Positions 1-12,478 of a stretch of 64,000 bases of DNA are shown here, in pieces (position 1 is the stretch's first letter; each line of letters starts with the position of its first letter). The notes under the pieces are model-generated. The model worked only from the letters and a program-made list of their open reading frames with translations. It did no database searches and had not been told where the DNA came from. Location: positions 40,926-104,925 of the forward strand of contig NMRA01000446.1 in NCBI GenBank assembly GCA_002633005.1, read 5' to 3'. Both the position numbers and the translations under genes were made by a program. This DNA is from Phoronis australis (Eukaryota; Animalia; Phoronida).

Positions 1-665
1 AACGATGTGTCATTCATATCCTCGATGCTGCACATATCGGATATGTTATCGCCTGCGGCCTTGGTTGGCCTAACGGCGGGAAACTCTGACCACCTATCAT
101 ATCCAAGAGCCTCTATAGGTTGACCTCTGTCTAGTTTGCCTAACATATCGTCTACTGAAAAATATTCTGGTGTTGTGACACTAGTCAGAAATGACGTTGT
201 CATGAGATTGTCTCGCACGCTCCAACTCAGGTTATCGTCTGAAACGTAACTTATCTCAGACTGAGTGCTATAGTCATAATCTTCGCATGGTGGCATTGCT
301 TTCACTTTCGTCCTCCCACAAGGCTCTACATTTGGTAATTCTTGGGTGTCACCTTCAACCAGTGCTTGTGACGATGCGCCAGTATGGCTTTTGTTCGAAC
401 GTAATCTTATCGATTTTGGTCGATTTTTATAGTTTACTTTGTCACCTATTCCGTATTGAATATCTATTGTGTTCGTAACTTTGTCTATGCGGTTAACCAA
501 ATCTCGCATTTCTGTGACTACACTCTCTAAATCCTGGAGCACGTGCTCGAGATTCGATATCACAGCGGTCACGTGTTTCCGTAAGTTCTCGCTTTTTCCA
601 ATGTCGCCGTTTTGAACTGTTTCCTTTGGTCCTCCTACATCGGTCACCCGTTCCATTTGTTCCAT
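1..665 (-). CDS. Largen(PRR16)/INSYN1-family-like coiled-coil protein, 5' part (ORF continues past window edge)
   Basis: Manual translation gives 221 stop-free codons from the ATG at 665-663 (context ATCATGG, in-frame stop just upstream): MEQMERVTDVGGPKETVQNGDIGKSENLRKHVTAVISNLEHVLQDLESVVTEMRDLVNRIDKVTNTID... The heptad segment resembles the conserved motif I recall from PRR16 (IIVEDLELVLGDLKDVAKELKEVVDQIDTLT) and INSYN1 (VIGQLEGILRELKEVAKELREVVSQIDKLT). A polypyrimidine/AG acceptor lies at 825-826. Confidence 0.75.
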   Translation of the reverse strand, partial: MEQMERVTDVGGPKETVQNGDIGKSENLRKHVTAVISNLEHVLQDLESVVTEMRDLVNRIDKVTNTIDIQYGIGDKVNYKNRPKSIRLRSNKSHTGASSQALVEGDTQELPNVEPCGRTKVKAMPPCEDYDYSTQSEISYVSDDNLSWSVRDNLMTTSFLTSVTTPEYFSVDDMLGKLDRGQPIEALGYDRWSEFPAVRPTKAAGDNISDMCSIEDMNDTS

Positions 666-2783
666 GATGCGCTCTCCTATTTCGTCTCATCAACTTGTGA
701 CTTATTTCCTTCTATCAGCATTCACTTCCGCACACGCTCCGTTCCTTTTCGTTTGCTCGGCTATGTAAGCCGTTGTCAAAATATTGATAGTGTCCAAAAC
801 TTGGATTCATCACAAACATTCCATCTGAAAAAATACAAGAAGCACTTCAGAAACTTTGTATTTACCTGGTGGTGCTAATCGTGTCCTGGCTTCGTTTGAC
901 AGTTTGTCAAGCAAAGGTTTGCAAAGACAGTTGGAATGTTCAATCTTCATATGCACTATGCACTAACAAAAGAATATCACTCTTCGTCACAAATGCTGAC
1001 AATCCCAAATTATAGAAATCTGTCACTAAAAATCCACCCTCTTTAAATTGCCCTCATGCGTACCCCTTGACACGATGTTGTGTACAAATATGTTCCGTTT
1101 CAATTGTCCCAATTAAAAAGTGTAACGTTCCTAAATGATAAGTTACAGTCAGGCGCTACCTTATACAAAATTAAAAACAAAGCAGTGACAACAATATGGC
1201 CACGCGCTCACCCATTCACAAACACACATTCAACGAGGGAGCTAAAAACGAAGAGTTGTGAAAACAACAAAATCATATGTTTCACTTTTGAACTTGAAAT
1301 CGAACTCTAAATTATTTCTCTCATTTTCTGTTCTACTTTTGAGCGAACTCAAAATAAGTGTCTATTATTCGGTGCTCTAGTACATTCATGGTTGTGGGAA
1401 TGAGTTTCTAGTACAAGTTAGCTTTTGATCACTGGCTGTTAGATTTGAACTAAAAGCTCGAGAAGAAAGTCAAGATTTCGAGTTAATCTTCAAATTTCGA
1501 ATTTGCACTCAAGCTTAAGGCTTTATGATGAGGTCATTAAGTGCAAAGTAGGATTAGACAGTTATCCACACAAGCCATTGTGCACTCGAGCATAAAATAA
1601 TAGACACTCGTCTTGAGTTGGTACAAAAGTAGAATAAAGAAAACGACAAAAAATAAATTCAAGTTCGATCTCGTATAAAAATAGTAGACCCTGGGTCCTG
1701 GAGTTATAAGTTTTGCTCGTAGAAGGGTGTGACACAAAAAAAGATTCACAATTCTCGATACACCGAATTTACCAAGGCCTACGCCAATGCAACTAGGTTT
1801 TAACGATGCATGAATTCTTTAATCCATCAGTATATTTTAGACCAAATGCACAATTATTGTTTGCTTCACTGGGCATTGCAGTTACGTACCAAAGGAAGGG
1901 CGTTTTGATTTGTAGTTACTAAGGGAAATTGGGCTGGATACTAAGTTTCTGCCTGCCTTGTAGCAGCGTGTTTGTAAATGTTTATTTACAGAGATGCTGC
2001 GTGTCAAAGTGAGGCTAGTGGAGAAGGGGACTAGTCTCAAAACAGAAAGATGTTCACCTGCATAGTGGGGTAAGGGTTTAGTGTAATTTCTCGATAGTAC
2101 AAGTGAGGTCGTTGCTGCAGTAGGATTACGTGATGAACTACTCGTTTCTAATCCAGGTTATTCATGTCAGAGGTTATGCAAAAACCGGCGATAGGCCCTA
2201 CCACCCGGAGAGTGATTCCCTCAAGGAGATTGGCAGGGGCGTGCCGTCAACTTCAATGCACCGTTTGCACTCTGGAGTATTGCCTCGCATGTATGGCGTT
2301 GGCCAGCACCGCCATGGTATTCGAAAGAGGACTCCCTTATCTGGCGATTAGGGGAAACTGTATTACAAAAGTATTTCAAAAATGTGTAATCATCTGGGCC
2401 GTTTACACAGAAATAAGTGAAATATCGGATAACAACGCAATGGCATCAAATGATCATAGGTCCGGCCTCGTTCTGGGCACAGTCGCCTTCGTGGGGACTA
2501 CTTAAATGCAGCGACATTTTTGACTATATTGACTTTCATATCTGGAAATTAACTTTTACCTAGCGTTTTGTAATTATTTTATAAAGGGCTGTAGAGAGTG
2601 CACAAATTTCTTTTCTTTGTTATTGTGTAATCTTTTTCTACACAATGAATTATTCGGAATGTGTAAAACGAAATCTGAAGGAAGGTGTGTGTGTTGGTTG
2701 GAACACAGAAGTAACCAGGACACTACTATACGAGGAGAGACCTGTTAGAGAGGTACTATCGAGGCCGAACGACATCAATGTGA

Positions 2784-2821
2784 GTGAGAAATTGTGTGTC
2801 TGCAGACACACAATTTCTCAC
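2784..2821. repeat. perfect 38-bp palindrome
   Basis: GTGAGAAATTGTGTGTCTG|CAGACACACAATTTCTCAC, 19-bp arms, no spacer. Confidence 0.95.
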
Positions 2822-4172
2822 GCTATGTCCTTGCTGTGAAAGTCTAGCTACTAAGTCACTTGGTCTGATTTTTACTACAAATTACGGGTGAGAAGAGATT
2901 AGAAAAGCCATGTCTGTTAGGAACCAGTCCAACAATTGTGGTAACCCAATTTGCGTTATTCAACTATCAAATGTACCCGGTGGATAATTTTCGAAGTTTC
3001 ATGAAATTTGTCATCCCTATAAAATTATATCCCTTTGTCGTAGACTATTGCTTGAGTGGTTTAACTTTCTAAATTGTGGCATAGTTCGTAACGTCATAAC
3101 GATAACTGGGTCAGTGCCAATTATGGTTTCCTGCTACTGTGATTCCACGGAACAGGCCCGCAAGCGTCCAGACTTACTCCTGGGTCCCTTTACAAAAATG
3201 TACTTATATTTTATTACACCTCAGAGCGCCACAAGGACTGTCAAAGTAGACGGTATCATGTAGAGGTCGAGCGACTGTCCATATCACATGCCATATCAGA
3301 TGAGTGTGGATGTGGACGATATACGCTCACACCGGGAAGTCGAAAACAGCACATGAAAAAGCTTTAACAACACAAAGGTTGAACGAATCAGTGTCGTTAC
3401 AGAGTTTCTCACCTTGTACAACAACCTGTACCAATGAAGCATCTTGATCCGAACGCTTCAATCTAAGCAACTCAGTTGAACTAAGTTAGTACTGTATGCC
3501 TGTGTCATTCAATCTGCTGAGGATGGACACGGTTTTCTATAATGTGACATACAATGTCTATAATGTGACATACATGTCTATAATCCCTGAACTACCTTTC
3601 AAAAGAAGTGTGCCTCAAGCAACATTAGACGACGGAGGTCATTGTACTTCTAGGAGATTAGTTTAATTTTAATAGCGAGTTTTCTGTTACAGGCGAATAG
3701 ATCGTTGAATGGCATACACTGTGTGCAAGTCATGCCTTGGTAGACATGCATGTCAATAATGTTTGTATATTTCATATCTCATAAAGAAATTCACTTTATT
3801 TTGTCAACAGTAAGGATTCGCTTGCTATTATTGCACATGTACCGAGCAGTGCCTGGCTGTCTAGTTTTATTTATTGTGTATACCATTAAGGTTAGGATTT
3901 ATTTGCATTCAAACGCTGAATTTTCATGTTCGTTATATATGTAGTATCATATTAAATCAGCCTCGATGTTATTTACTATGCAAATCACGATGAATGCCAA
4001 GCAAAATATTTTTTGAGAGCGAATTCAAAGCGTCGGGTGTTGTAACAAACGTTTGTTTTAAGGTACGCGTTTTGAAGTCAGCAAACAAATGAGATTGAAA
4101 ACACATTTTTTGTTTAATTCCTTGTTTATATTCATCTTAGTTTGGTCTTGAAAAGTTGCCGCTAACACTAAG

Positions 4173-4327
4173 CAGGGGCGGATCCAGGATTTTGAGTCAG
4201 GGGGGCCAGGGCAGAGTTTTAGCCAGGATTTTGCCCGTCAGACATTCGCACCCCTGAATTACCAAATGGAGAATGCAGAATTTTAGGGGGGCATGGCCCC
4301 CTTGGCCCCGCTCTAAATCCGCCACTG
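4173..4327. mobile_element. MITE with 5-bp TSD (hAT5-like), copy 1
   Basis: TIR CAGGGGCGGATC...AATCCGCCACTG; TSD CTAAG at 4168-4172 and 4328-4332; homologous copies at 20834 and 30327. Confidence 0.85.
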
Positions 4328-7134
4328 CTAAGCAAATTATAAACCAGTCGTTCATCCAGCATGAAGCAACGGGTTACATACAGTCTAAAGCTATTCCAAT
4401 TTTCACAACAGAAGTTACGCTTTGATTATACCACGTGATATCTGTTTTTAGTGTCTGCTAATCCCACACCTTAACAATACGATTAGAAGAACATACGTTT
4501 TTATCATCGACTGATAATAAAACCGGCAAATTAACTCGCTTTTGTAAATACTTGGATAAATGCGCTGAGTGTGTACAATACGTAGTGAACCAGAGAACCG
4601 ACAGTAAGATTATGTCCCCGTCAATAGAAGCTTGTCGAGTGCTGGGAATTCTCGCAAACCAAATGTGAGGCCATTTTATGTGCCCACACGTAACTTACGA
4701 GTGTTTTGGGGATATGCTTATGGGCCCATAGGCCTATTTTTTGAGCTGTGACTAAACTTTTAACGGTTCGTAAAGTTTCCCAAAATGGAATAGCCTCAAC
4801 GAGTGTCAAACAAAACATGCCTTAAATAAGACCCACGATCTGCTGTTTATTTCAGCACTATTTGAGCTTTGCCAACACACAAGTGTCCTCATTCTAGCTC
4901 ATTTTTTCGAAACTTCTGCCCAAATTATGATTTTTTTACTAGAAAATGTGCCGTTTCCGAATATATTTCTTGTGGCTCACTATAAGAAATTACTGGTGTT
5001 ATTATTAGTGTTCAAAACATATTTACTTCTTAAAAAGATACCACAGCCATCAGAAGGTCTAGTTTCTAAATTGCTGACACGAACATGTAGGCCTACACTG
5101 TAGATGTTCGAGTACGAGTTCTAAGGTTGTTCTGTTGTTTTACACAAGAGTATTTTCAACGTTTCATCTGCAAAAAATTATTGACCAGGCAGTGGCGGTT
5201 GCCGTCATGCTTGTAGTTTGATGCAGGTTGATTTGCAGTGTAGTTGTCGTGGCGAGGAAAATGACGAAGACGTCAGAACAAGACGAAAAGGATGCAGAAT
5301 CACGTGCAAAGTTTTGTCTATTTTTTCCTTAAAGTAAAGCTTTCAACCTGAGTCTGGTTCAAAATGCGTGGCTATACACTGGCACTTGATATCGTGCCGC
5401 ACACTTAAAATTTGTTCAATTCAGGAATTTGCAAAAGGGGTTTCATTTCCTTCAAATATTTCAGTGTAAAGATTGTTTGACTTTTTAGTTGTTAACTGCT
5501 TTACTGAATGTGGCGCAGGTCTTTTTCCTTCATTTCACGAACTGTGCGTGTACTTTTCTTGTGGATTCAATTCCTTTAGTCGCACGAGATTCAGTTATTT
5601 TTTGTGCTTTACAATTATTGTCTTACAGGCAACCGTTTATCACGAGTCATAGGTCCTCTTCACGAACGTCCTTTTTTATCAATTGGTCATGAGAAAAAAA
5701 CGCTGATATAGAGAGAACACGCGTGCAGTTTGTTTGAAATGGGTGTAGCTACCCTGGTCGTAATTCAGTGGTTATGCAGGCAGGGTCAAAATTAATTTAC
5801 CCCTTGCATCAATAATAAAGGACAGGCAATCAATTGATATTGCATCCCTCTCTACTATCGTAGCCTGTCGCGCTGCATCCAGAAAGCTTTCAAATTTAAT
5901 AACGACTAGTGGTCGAATATTCCCATAATCGAACGAAATGAGCGCATACACGTCACTGAATACCATGTCAAGCGTATATTCCAAATTCCTGTGTTTGAAC
6001 GCTGGACTTCTACACTAGCAAGAACGCTGTCGAAAAGTAACCATTGAAGTTCTTCTTAACGGTCTTGAAACGAGAGCAGAATAATTAAACCGTTCTAAAG
6101 CATCGGGCGCTTCATAAGTGTTATGAATGTTTTATGATTTATGCAACATATTGCTCATTAAAATTGTACAACCAAACTTTTTTAAATTAGTGATGCACAA
6201 AAACTATCCACTTTGAAGCTGGCGCCTTTATTCAATTTCTCATCTTAACTCGTGTCTTTGTGATCATGATTCTTAGTTCCCAGCCGATATTGGTATTAGC
6301 AGCATCAGTGACAAGCCTTCTTGGCGGAGATTGCTCGCCGCGGGAATTAATGCCAATTTCCGTTAGATTTCAATAGTCAAGATATCAGTCATTTAATAAT
6401 GAAGGATCTTATGATAATTAAATATGACCCCCTGCCAGTCAGCTCTGAACTGGACACGGAGCTCAATAATTGTTTACCGTGCATATCTCACGTCATTTCT
6501 GATACTCATTGTGGATTTGTGGCGAACAGTTTAAGATGGCTGCGAAGCAAGATACTGCACAGCCTTAAGAAAAGAGAGCCAAAACGTTTACCGGTGACTG
6601 TTATTTCATGTGTTATAGCTGGTTAAGAGCTTCCTTTCCAACAAAAGTCGCTACACGGTGTGCGCCAGAAAAAAAACATTTGATGGCACAAGGTGCAATG
6701 AACTTCGGAAATTACAAATATAACATTTGGTTTATACCACTGACTACATAACATTGGCCTCAGCTTAGTAGACGTGACATCTTGGTTTGGTAAGAACTGA
6801 AAGTTACTTATCGCTTAACTCAGACCATGTTCAACAGGTTGACGAATCATCAATTTCAGGCGCAGAGTATAAGTCTTTAGCAACAACGAACAGTCAGTAC
6901 TCCAAACAAGCGGAACACCTCGGGTACTTTCGTAACCTTAAATTTCCCCCGGAGATGAAAGCTATCTGCGCATGTGCAAACTTCCGTCATACAACAAGTT
7001 GTGTGAGTTTCAAACGAAAGAATGATTGAACCTCATTTGTTGGAAATCTCAATTCCGTTCTGAGTAGTAAATAGTCCCCTGGAGATTATATTACATTTAA
7101 CCTCACACTCAAAACAATCCCCAAAATCGTCCTT

Positions 7135-7521
7135 TAAGCCATGTCTACATACACTGATCGGTCGTCTGCGACTTTACAGCGACTTCGTACGTCACAATTC
7201 GAGTGAGTATGCAGAAACCAGTACAAAGTCGTGTACAACTTCTCCGGAGTTTACCGAAAACCGGAGCAAAATCGAGCGTGCTCTTGTGTCGCAATGAGCA
7301 AGTCGCGTACGACTTTTTACCTCGAAGAGACGAGTCGGCAGGCTAGCTCCAATTAGCCGTTTGGAACAGTTTGATACGAAGTCTTATGATACTGAATGGA
7401 GTGCATAGGACCATAAGCTCATCTGGGTGTCTCGAGTAAGCTGACAGCTCACTCCAAAGCGTGAAAGTAGGCCTACTGCAAGCTGAATTCGTAGTTCACC
7501 GTACGTCTGCGCAGGCCTTAA
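7135..7521. mobile_element. degenerate PIF/Harbinger-like MITE
   Basis: Weakly inverted ends TTAAGCCATGTCTACATAC / GTACGTCTGCGCAGGCCTTAA and internal CGACT/AGTCG motifs. Confidence 0.35.
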
Positions 7522-7859
7522 AGGTTTTGAACTATGACCTAATCGCGAGGTCAGCGTATTTAGCCAAATATCTACAAAACCATAGATTTTAACTCCGTAA
7601 AAGTACATATTTTCTGAAAGTACAAAGTCTGTAGACTTTGATTGTTGACCTTCTACCAGTCTATTATTAATTGGGTCACGTGATCATGTCTTTTACTAAA
7701 ACTTGACCACAAAGAAAGGTGCAAGGATAGCAAAACAACGGTATCAAAAACATGATCAAATTTTGTTCGATTTGAATGTTTTCTATGATATCATTTCGTT
7801 TTTGGTTTATACAACTGTTTGATTTTTTCATGAAAACCGTTAAAGTACTAATTTAATAG

Positions 7860-8508
7860 CTTCCCATATATGCTCAACATTCTGTGATAACAAGAATCTA
7901 GGATTCGAAACGTTTAAAACATTATTTAATTCGTGTGCAGCACCAATTTTGGATTACGGGTCATCTGTTTGGGGTTACAAAAAATTTAGTAATGATGAAA
8001 ACATTCAAAACAGAGCTATGCGTTTTTATTTAGGGGTCAACCGATTTACAGCCACTCATGCTGTTAGAGGCGATATGGGGTGGGACTCCACCGGAAATAG
8101 ATTTAAATTGAACAAGCTGCGTCTTTGGAACAAACTAGTGACCACGGGTGGTGATAGGTTACTGAAGAAGGTATTTCTATGAGACTACTATGTTGGTAGA
8201 AAGGGCTGAATAGACGGAATCAAAAATTTGTATAACCTAATTGGCATGCAATCCTGTTTTCAAAATTTGACTACTTGTAACATAGTAGATGCTAGAAACA
8301 AACTGTTTGAATACTCGAAACATGTTTGGGCTGAGTCTGTTGTAACAAAACCCAAGTTAAGAACCTACATTTTATTTAAGCACAAGATTTTAATTGAGCC
8401 GTATGTAAGGATTAATTTATCTCATTCCGAGAGATCTCTTCTGGCTCAGCTAAGAGCAGGAAATCTCCCATTGCACTTGGAAACTGGCCGTTATGTAAAC
8501 ACTCATGT
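7860..8508 (+). mobile_element. non-LTR retrotransposon (LINE) ORF2 C-terminal remnant, left part
   Basis: DYGSSVWG...IQNRAMRFYLGV...GDMGW...KPKLRTYILFK...RSLLAQLRAGNLPLHLETGRY; has stops and frameshifts; interrupted at 8508. Confidence 0.85.
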
Positions 8509-9211
8509 TAGGCCATGGGCCGTAGTATATATAGCTCCAGTCTTTTCATCGTGTGACCATTTCAGGGAGCAACTTGATTTTTTCTGTATGGCTAGATTAG
8601 TATACCGTTAAGCAATTGATACCTGAAAAGTTCCCACGTTTTAAGTTGCACATTTTTTGTAGAAAAACAGTTTTTTGTGAGTTCAAATGTTACATTATTG
8701 AACAAGAGGTAGCGCTAAATCCAACAAAAGACTAGCACAAGATGGCATTTTAAGGCAATCACAAACTCAGAAAATAAGTAACTGCAGACCTAATCTAACA
8801 TGGCGGCTCCCTTAGAGATGCTGTCAATAAATGCTGCATACATTTTCAAGCACTAAATTCATCTGATTTGTTGTGTTTCTCGAAAGCGACATGGGTAAAG
8901 AGCATTGACTGTGTGAAAGAATGTCTTTCCATTGGAGATGAAGACAGTAATGAGCACAATGTATGTGACCAGTTGTCATTTGCATCAAGTAACTTCACGG
9001 ATTGGCGTGGGTTCCAGGCAGTAGTATCACGAATCATTTTATACAAGCTTATTGGCGTTTCAAAGATTGAAAGAGCGAAGAGGAAAGATTGCGAAACTAT
9101 AAAGTATGCCGAGAATAGAACCCCCTGATTACGACCAAGATGATGGTAAGTGTTAAATTTTTCCTGGGAATTTGATAAATTGATGCAAGTCACTGAGTCA
9201 GTGCCTCAATA

Positions 9212-9454
9212 GGAAACAGGTCACTTCATACCCAAATCAACACGTACCCAAGTCAAATTTCAAAAGTATTTCAAAACTATGTAATTTGGCAAAGCAGTGA
9301 TTAAAATCAATCAATCGCGCCATATTTATGCAAAACGACTCATTATTACCCGTTATTTAGAGAATGAAAATGAAAATTTATTAGTAATGTTTTTAGCACG
9401 GACACTAGTTGACTTGGGTGCGAGTTGGCTACGGTACGAACTGACTGGAAAACC
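9212..9454. mobile_element. small MITE nested in the Academ element
   Basis: Inverted ends GGAAACAGGTCACTTCATACC...CGTACCCAAGTCAA / TTGACTTGGGTGCG...GGTACGAACTGACTGGAAAACC. Confidence 0.6.
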
Positions 9455-9942
9455 CTCATATGCACAACTGGTAAAAAGACTGTGTTCCCTGGATTCTGTG
9501 TCTGGCCTGCTTGAGTTTGAATCAAGCATCCACATAATTCACTGAATAATCAGCCCGTGTGATGGCATTCAAATGCAGGTAGGACACATACTCCAGTAAC
9601 AAGGTGACCATTTTTTTCAGTGCACATTGTTATTTTCTCAGTAACCATAACTCTGGGCACGGTGTAAGATATCTATCAAAATTATACTTTTGTAATGTCC
9701 TGGGGTGAGAGAGAGGTAATCTCCATACTCGACGCTCAGCTCGAAAACTAACCAATTGCATGCCACAATTCTAGCAAATTCACTTGAATTGTGCACTGTG
9801 AACAGTTAGGCTTTGAGTCTGAGTTTGGAGATTACACCCTGGGCCCAGGTGATTGGCCATCAATGTCATTATTGAAATCAAATAGATGTTGGAATGCCGT
9901 GCAGTTACCGACGAATACAAATATAAAATAGTCCATATCACA

Positions 9943-9977
9943 CCCTTGACAAAGAGCGCATCGCTCGAAACGTGGGG
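9943..9977 (+). ncRNA. Penelope-type minimal hammerhead-like relic (variant core)
   Basis: CCC-TTGACAAA-GAGCG cat CGCTC-GAAAC-GTG-GGG: 5-bp stem II followed by GAAAC; core deviates from CUGANGA. Confidence 0.45.
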
Positions 9978-11937
9978 ATATTTTAATATATTTCAGTACC
10001 GACGCTAGTCGTTTTTTAGTTTTACTAGTTCTACTATAATGTAATTATTGACTACAGAATGCACCTATATCTGGGGCACCACCTTTAACATTTTCAAGCT
10101 ACTTTTACTCTTAGGTTTTGCTAAAAGGAGCATAGGTGCCTTTATTTCAGATGTAGGTGCAGCTTCACACTTATGGTTGAAGAATAACAAAGCACGTAGC
10201 AAATATTTTGAGAACAGTCATTTTATTGAGGTTTTACTCATTCAACATAGTTTGTTGTTTGTTTGTTTTCTAAGTAATTTTGTACAGTGTTGTTGGAACA
10301 CTATCTTCAAAAGTTCTTCTTTTATGTGTTTTTGAAATAACAAAATTTATTTGAGTGAAAGTACAATTTAGAATACTTGCATGATTGTAAAGACTTGTGT
10401 GCATATTTGAAATTGTATGCTAATTTTCAAACAAAAATTTGTTTTTAAGACCATTTTTCATACAAACCCATGGGTATCTTTTTCAATTTTGAGCACAACA
10501 CGCTAGGCCGTATATATGCATGTCTTATTTTGAGTGTTTACTATCTGTCTTTTGATCATTGTCTGTACTTCCATTCAGTTCTTGTAATAAAGAATTCAGT
10601 ACATGTCAACATCGATCATTTTGCAGGAACGGCCAACAAGGCTTTCTGTATTTTTAAACTCTAACAACGGTTTTTATTTTTAATTTGCTTGGTTGTAGGT
10701 GGGTTGTTTTTGGATGCTGCTAAGGCAGGAAATGGCATGGACTTTTAATCAGAGTACAGGGAAGAGATCTAGTAGCACTCGAAATCAAGTACCATCGTTC
10801 TTGCTACAAAAGCTTCACAAGACTACTGTCAAAACAGAAATCTAACGATAGTGAAATTTTCACAGATGTATTTCAAGAGTTTTGCTTTGAAGTTTTTGGA
10901 GCAATAATCTTGCATGGGGAAATATTGCATTTGACTCTGTTAAGGTCACTCCTCGAGGAAACTTTATCCAAAAGAGGTTGTAATGTACGTGTCCGAACTA
11001 GAAATCTGAAATTGAAATTACAGAGAATTTACCCTATTTTACAATTCCTTAGTCCAAAACGGAATCAGAGTGAATTGTTGTTAAACAAACATTTGTTCTT
11101 TTTGTTAATGCTGGCCTAAAATGCACTGAAATGTGCAAGTGCCAAAACTGTGAGAATGTCAAAGTTAGTGTTGAAATTGAGTAAGATGATGAGTAACAGT
11201 GTGGTGGACTTGAATCCCAGCCGGAGGAACTTGGAAAGACGTCTCATCAAGAGACAGAAACCAGGCTATTAACTGGCCCAGTGAGCCTGGTGATTAGTGA
11301 AACATTTTTCTATTTTCATATTTATGTCTCTGGTAATAGCTTTTTATCTTGTTAATTTCTCGGTCTTTTGTACTTCATCTGATTCCATTTGTTGTTATCC
11401 TATACTTTTTGTCGTCATTTTTTGACAAATTGTATGCCTTGGACTTGTAGCAATGATGTTTTTTGTCTGACAGATTAGTAAATATGTGATAAAATAAAGG
11501 TGAGGCATAGTCAGTTTGATAATTATAGTTTCACCAACAGTAGAAACAGCATAAAACACTATGAATGGTAGTTCCACATTTCACGAACAAATGGCACCCA
11601 TAAATTCATATTATCTTCCATAATTCTACGTTTTAATGAAAAAATATATCAAAGTTTGTGTTTGTTATGACTTAATACAGCCTGTAGGAATATTATCTGC
11701 AGTATCATAATTTATGGACAATTGATATTCTTCTTTTCTAACTTTTTTAATTCCATGTAAAATTAGCTGAATCGGCACAATTTTAACATCAAATTTCACA
11801 AAAAAGTTTAAACGTGGGAACTTTTTTGATTCATAAATTACAATGATTTGTGACATCAAAAACACCTGAATTAAATTTCCCCCCTAAAATGGTCACAGAA
11901 TTGGTTTTCTAGGCCTCCTGTGGCCCATGGCCTATGT

Positions 11938-12330
11938 AAGTGAAAGACTTTGGTTGTGTTGTGATTCTGGTTCTGTGGAGGATAAGCTACATTTTGTGTT
12001 TGATTGTTCTCTTTATAACTCACGGAGGTCTATTCTGTTTAATAATTTTTCACTTCAAATCTCGAACTTTGCAGATTTCAGAAGATTATATACGTTAAAA
12101 CTGCTGTTTCAGTATTTCCCTAGGCAATTTTTCAAATATATCAAGGCTTCTTTTGAACTTAGAAACCCACGCATTTATGGTAGGACTACCTCTGATTTTG
12201 TGGTGGTTAAAGTGACTAATAAGCCCAAGTGGGCTGGATACTTATCTTTCTTACGAATGTTATACCTATAACTGTTTGAATTAATTGTACTTGCCACTAT
12301 AATAAATAAATACTACTAATACTAATACTA
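11938..12330 (+). mobile_element. LINE 3' end, continuation of 7860-8508
   Basis: The frame rejoins across the TSD as ...LETGRYVNTHV|SERLWLCCDSGSVEDKLHFVFDCSLYN (CCHC-type zinc finger of LINE ORF2); ends in AATAAATAAA(TACTAA)n tail. Confidence 0.85.
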
Positions 12331-12384
12331 CAAAAGTGAAACATTTTAAAAGCAATTCTCAAAAGTGTTTTCAGTGGAAAACAG

Positions 12385-12478
12385 TGCATAAAGCATACTA
12401 CATGAAAGTTTCATATGAATACAATCAGCCATTGCATAAAGCTTACTACATGAAAGTTTCATATGAATACAATCAGTC
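12385..12478. repeat. tandem duplication (~48 bp x2)
   Basis: TGCATAAAGCWTACTACATGAAAGTTTCATATGAATACAATCAG occurs twice in tandem. Confidence 0.85.

Larger units (their letters stand above)
8509..11934 (+). mobile_element. Academ-type DNA transposon, internally deleted
   Basis: 13-bp TIR TAGGCCATGGGCC / GGCCCATGGCCTA; 3-bp TSD TGT (8506-8508, 11935-11937); transposase-like fragments at 10910-11100 (RTRNLKLKLQRIYP..LQF..PKRNQSEL) and a Cys cluster AGLKCTEMCKCQNCEN near 11110-11157. Confidence 0.85.

Noticed and set aside
287-878. ORF-track entries 287..478, 493..693 and 612..878
   Set aside because: Shadow frames of the real minus-strand ORF 665->1
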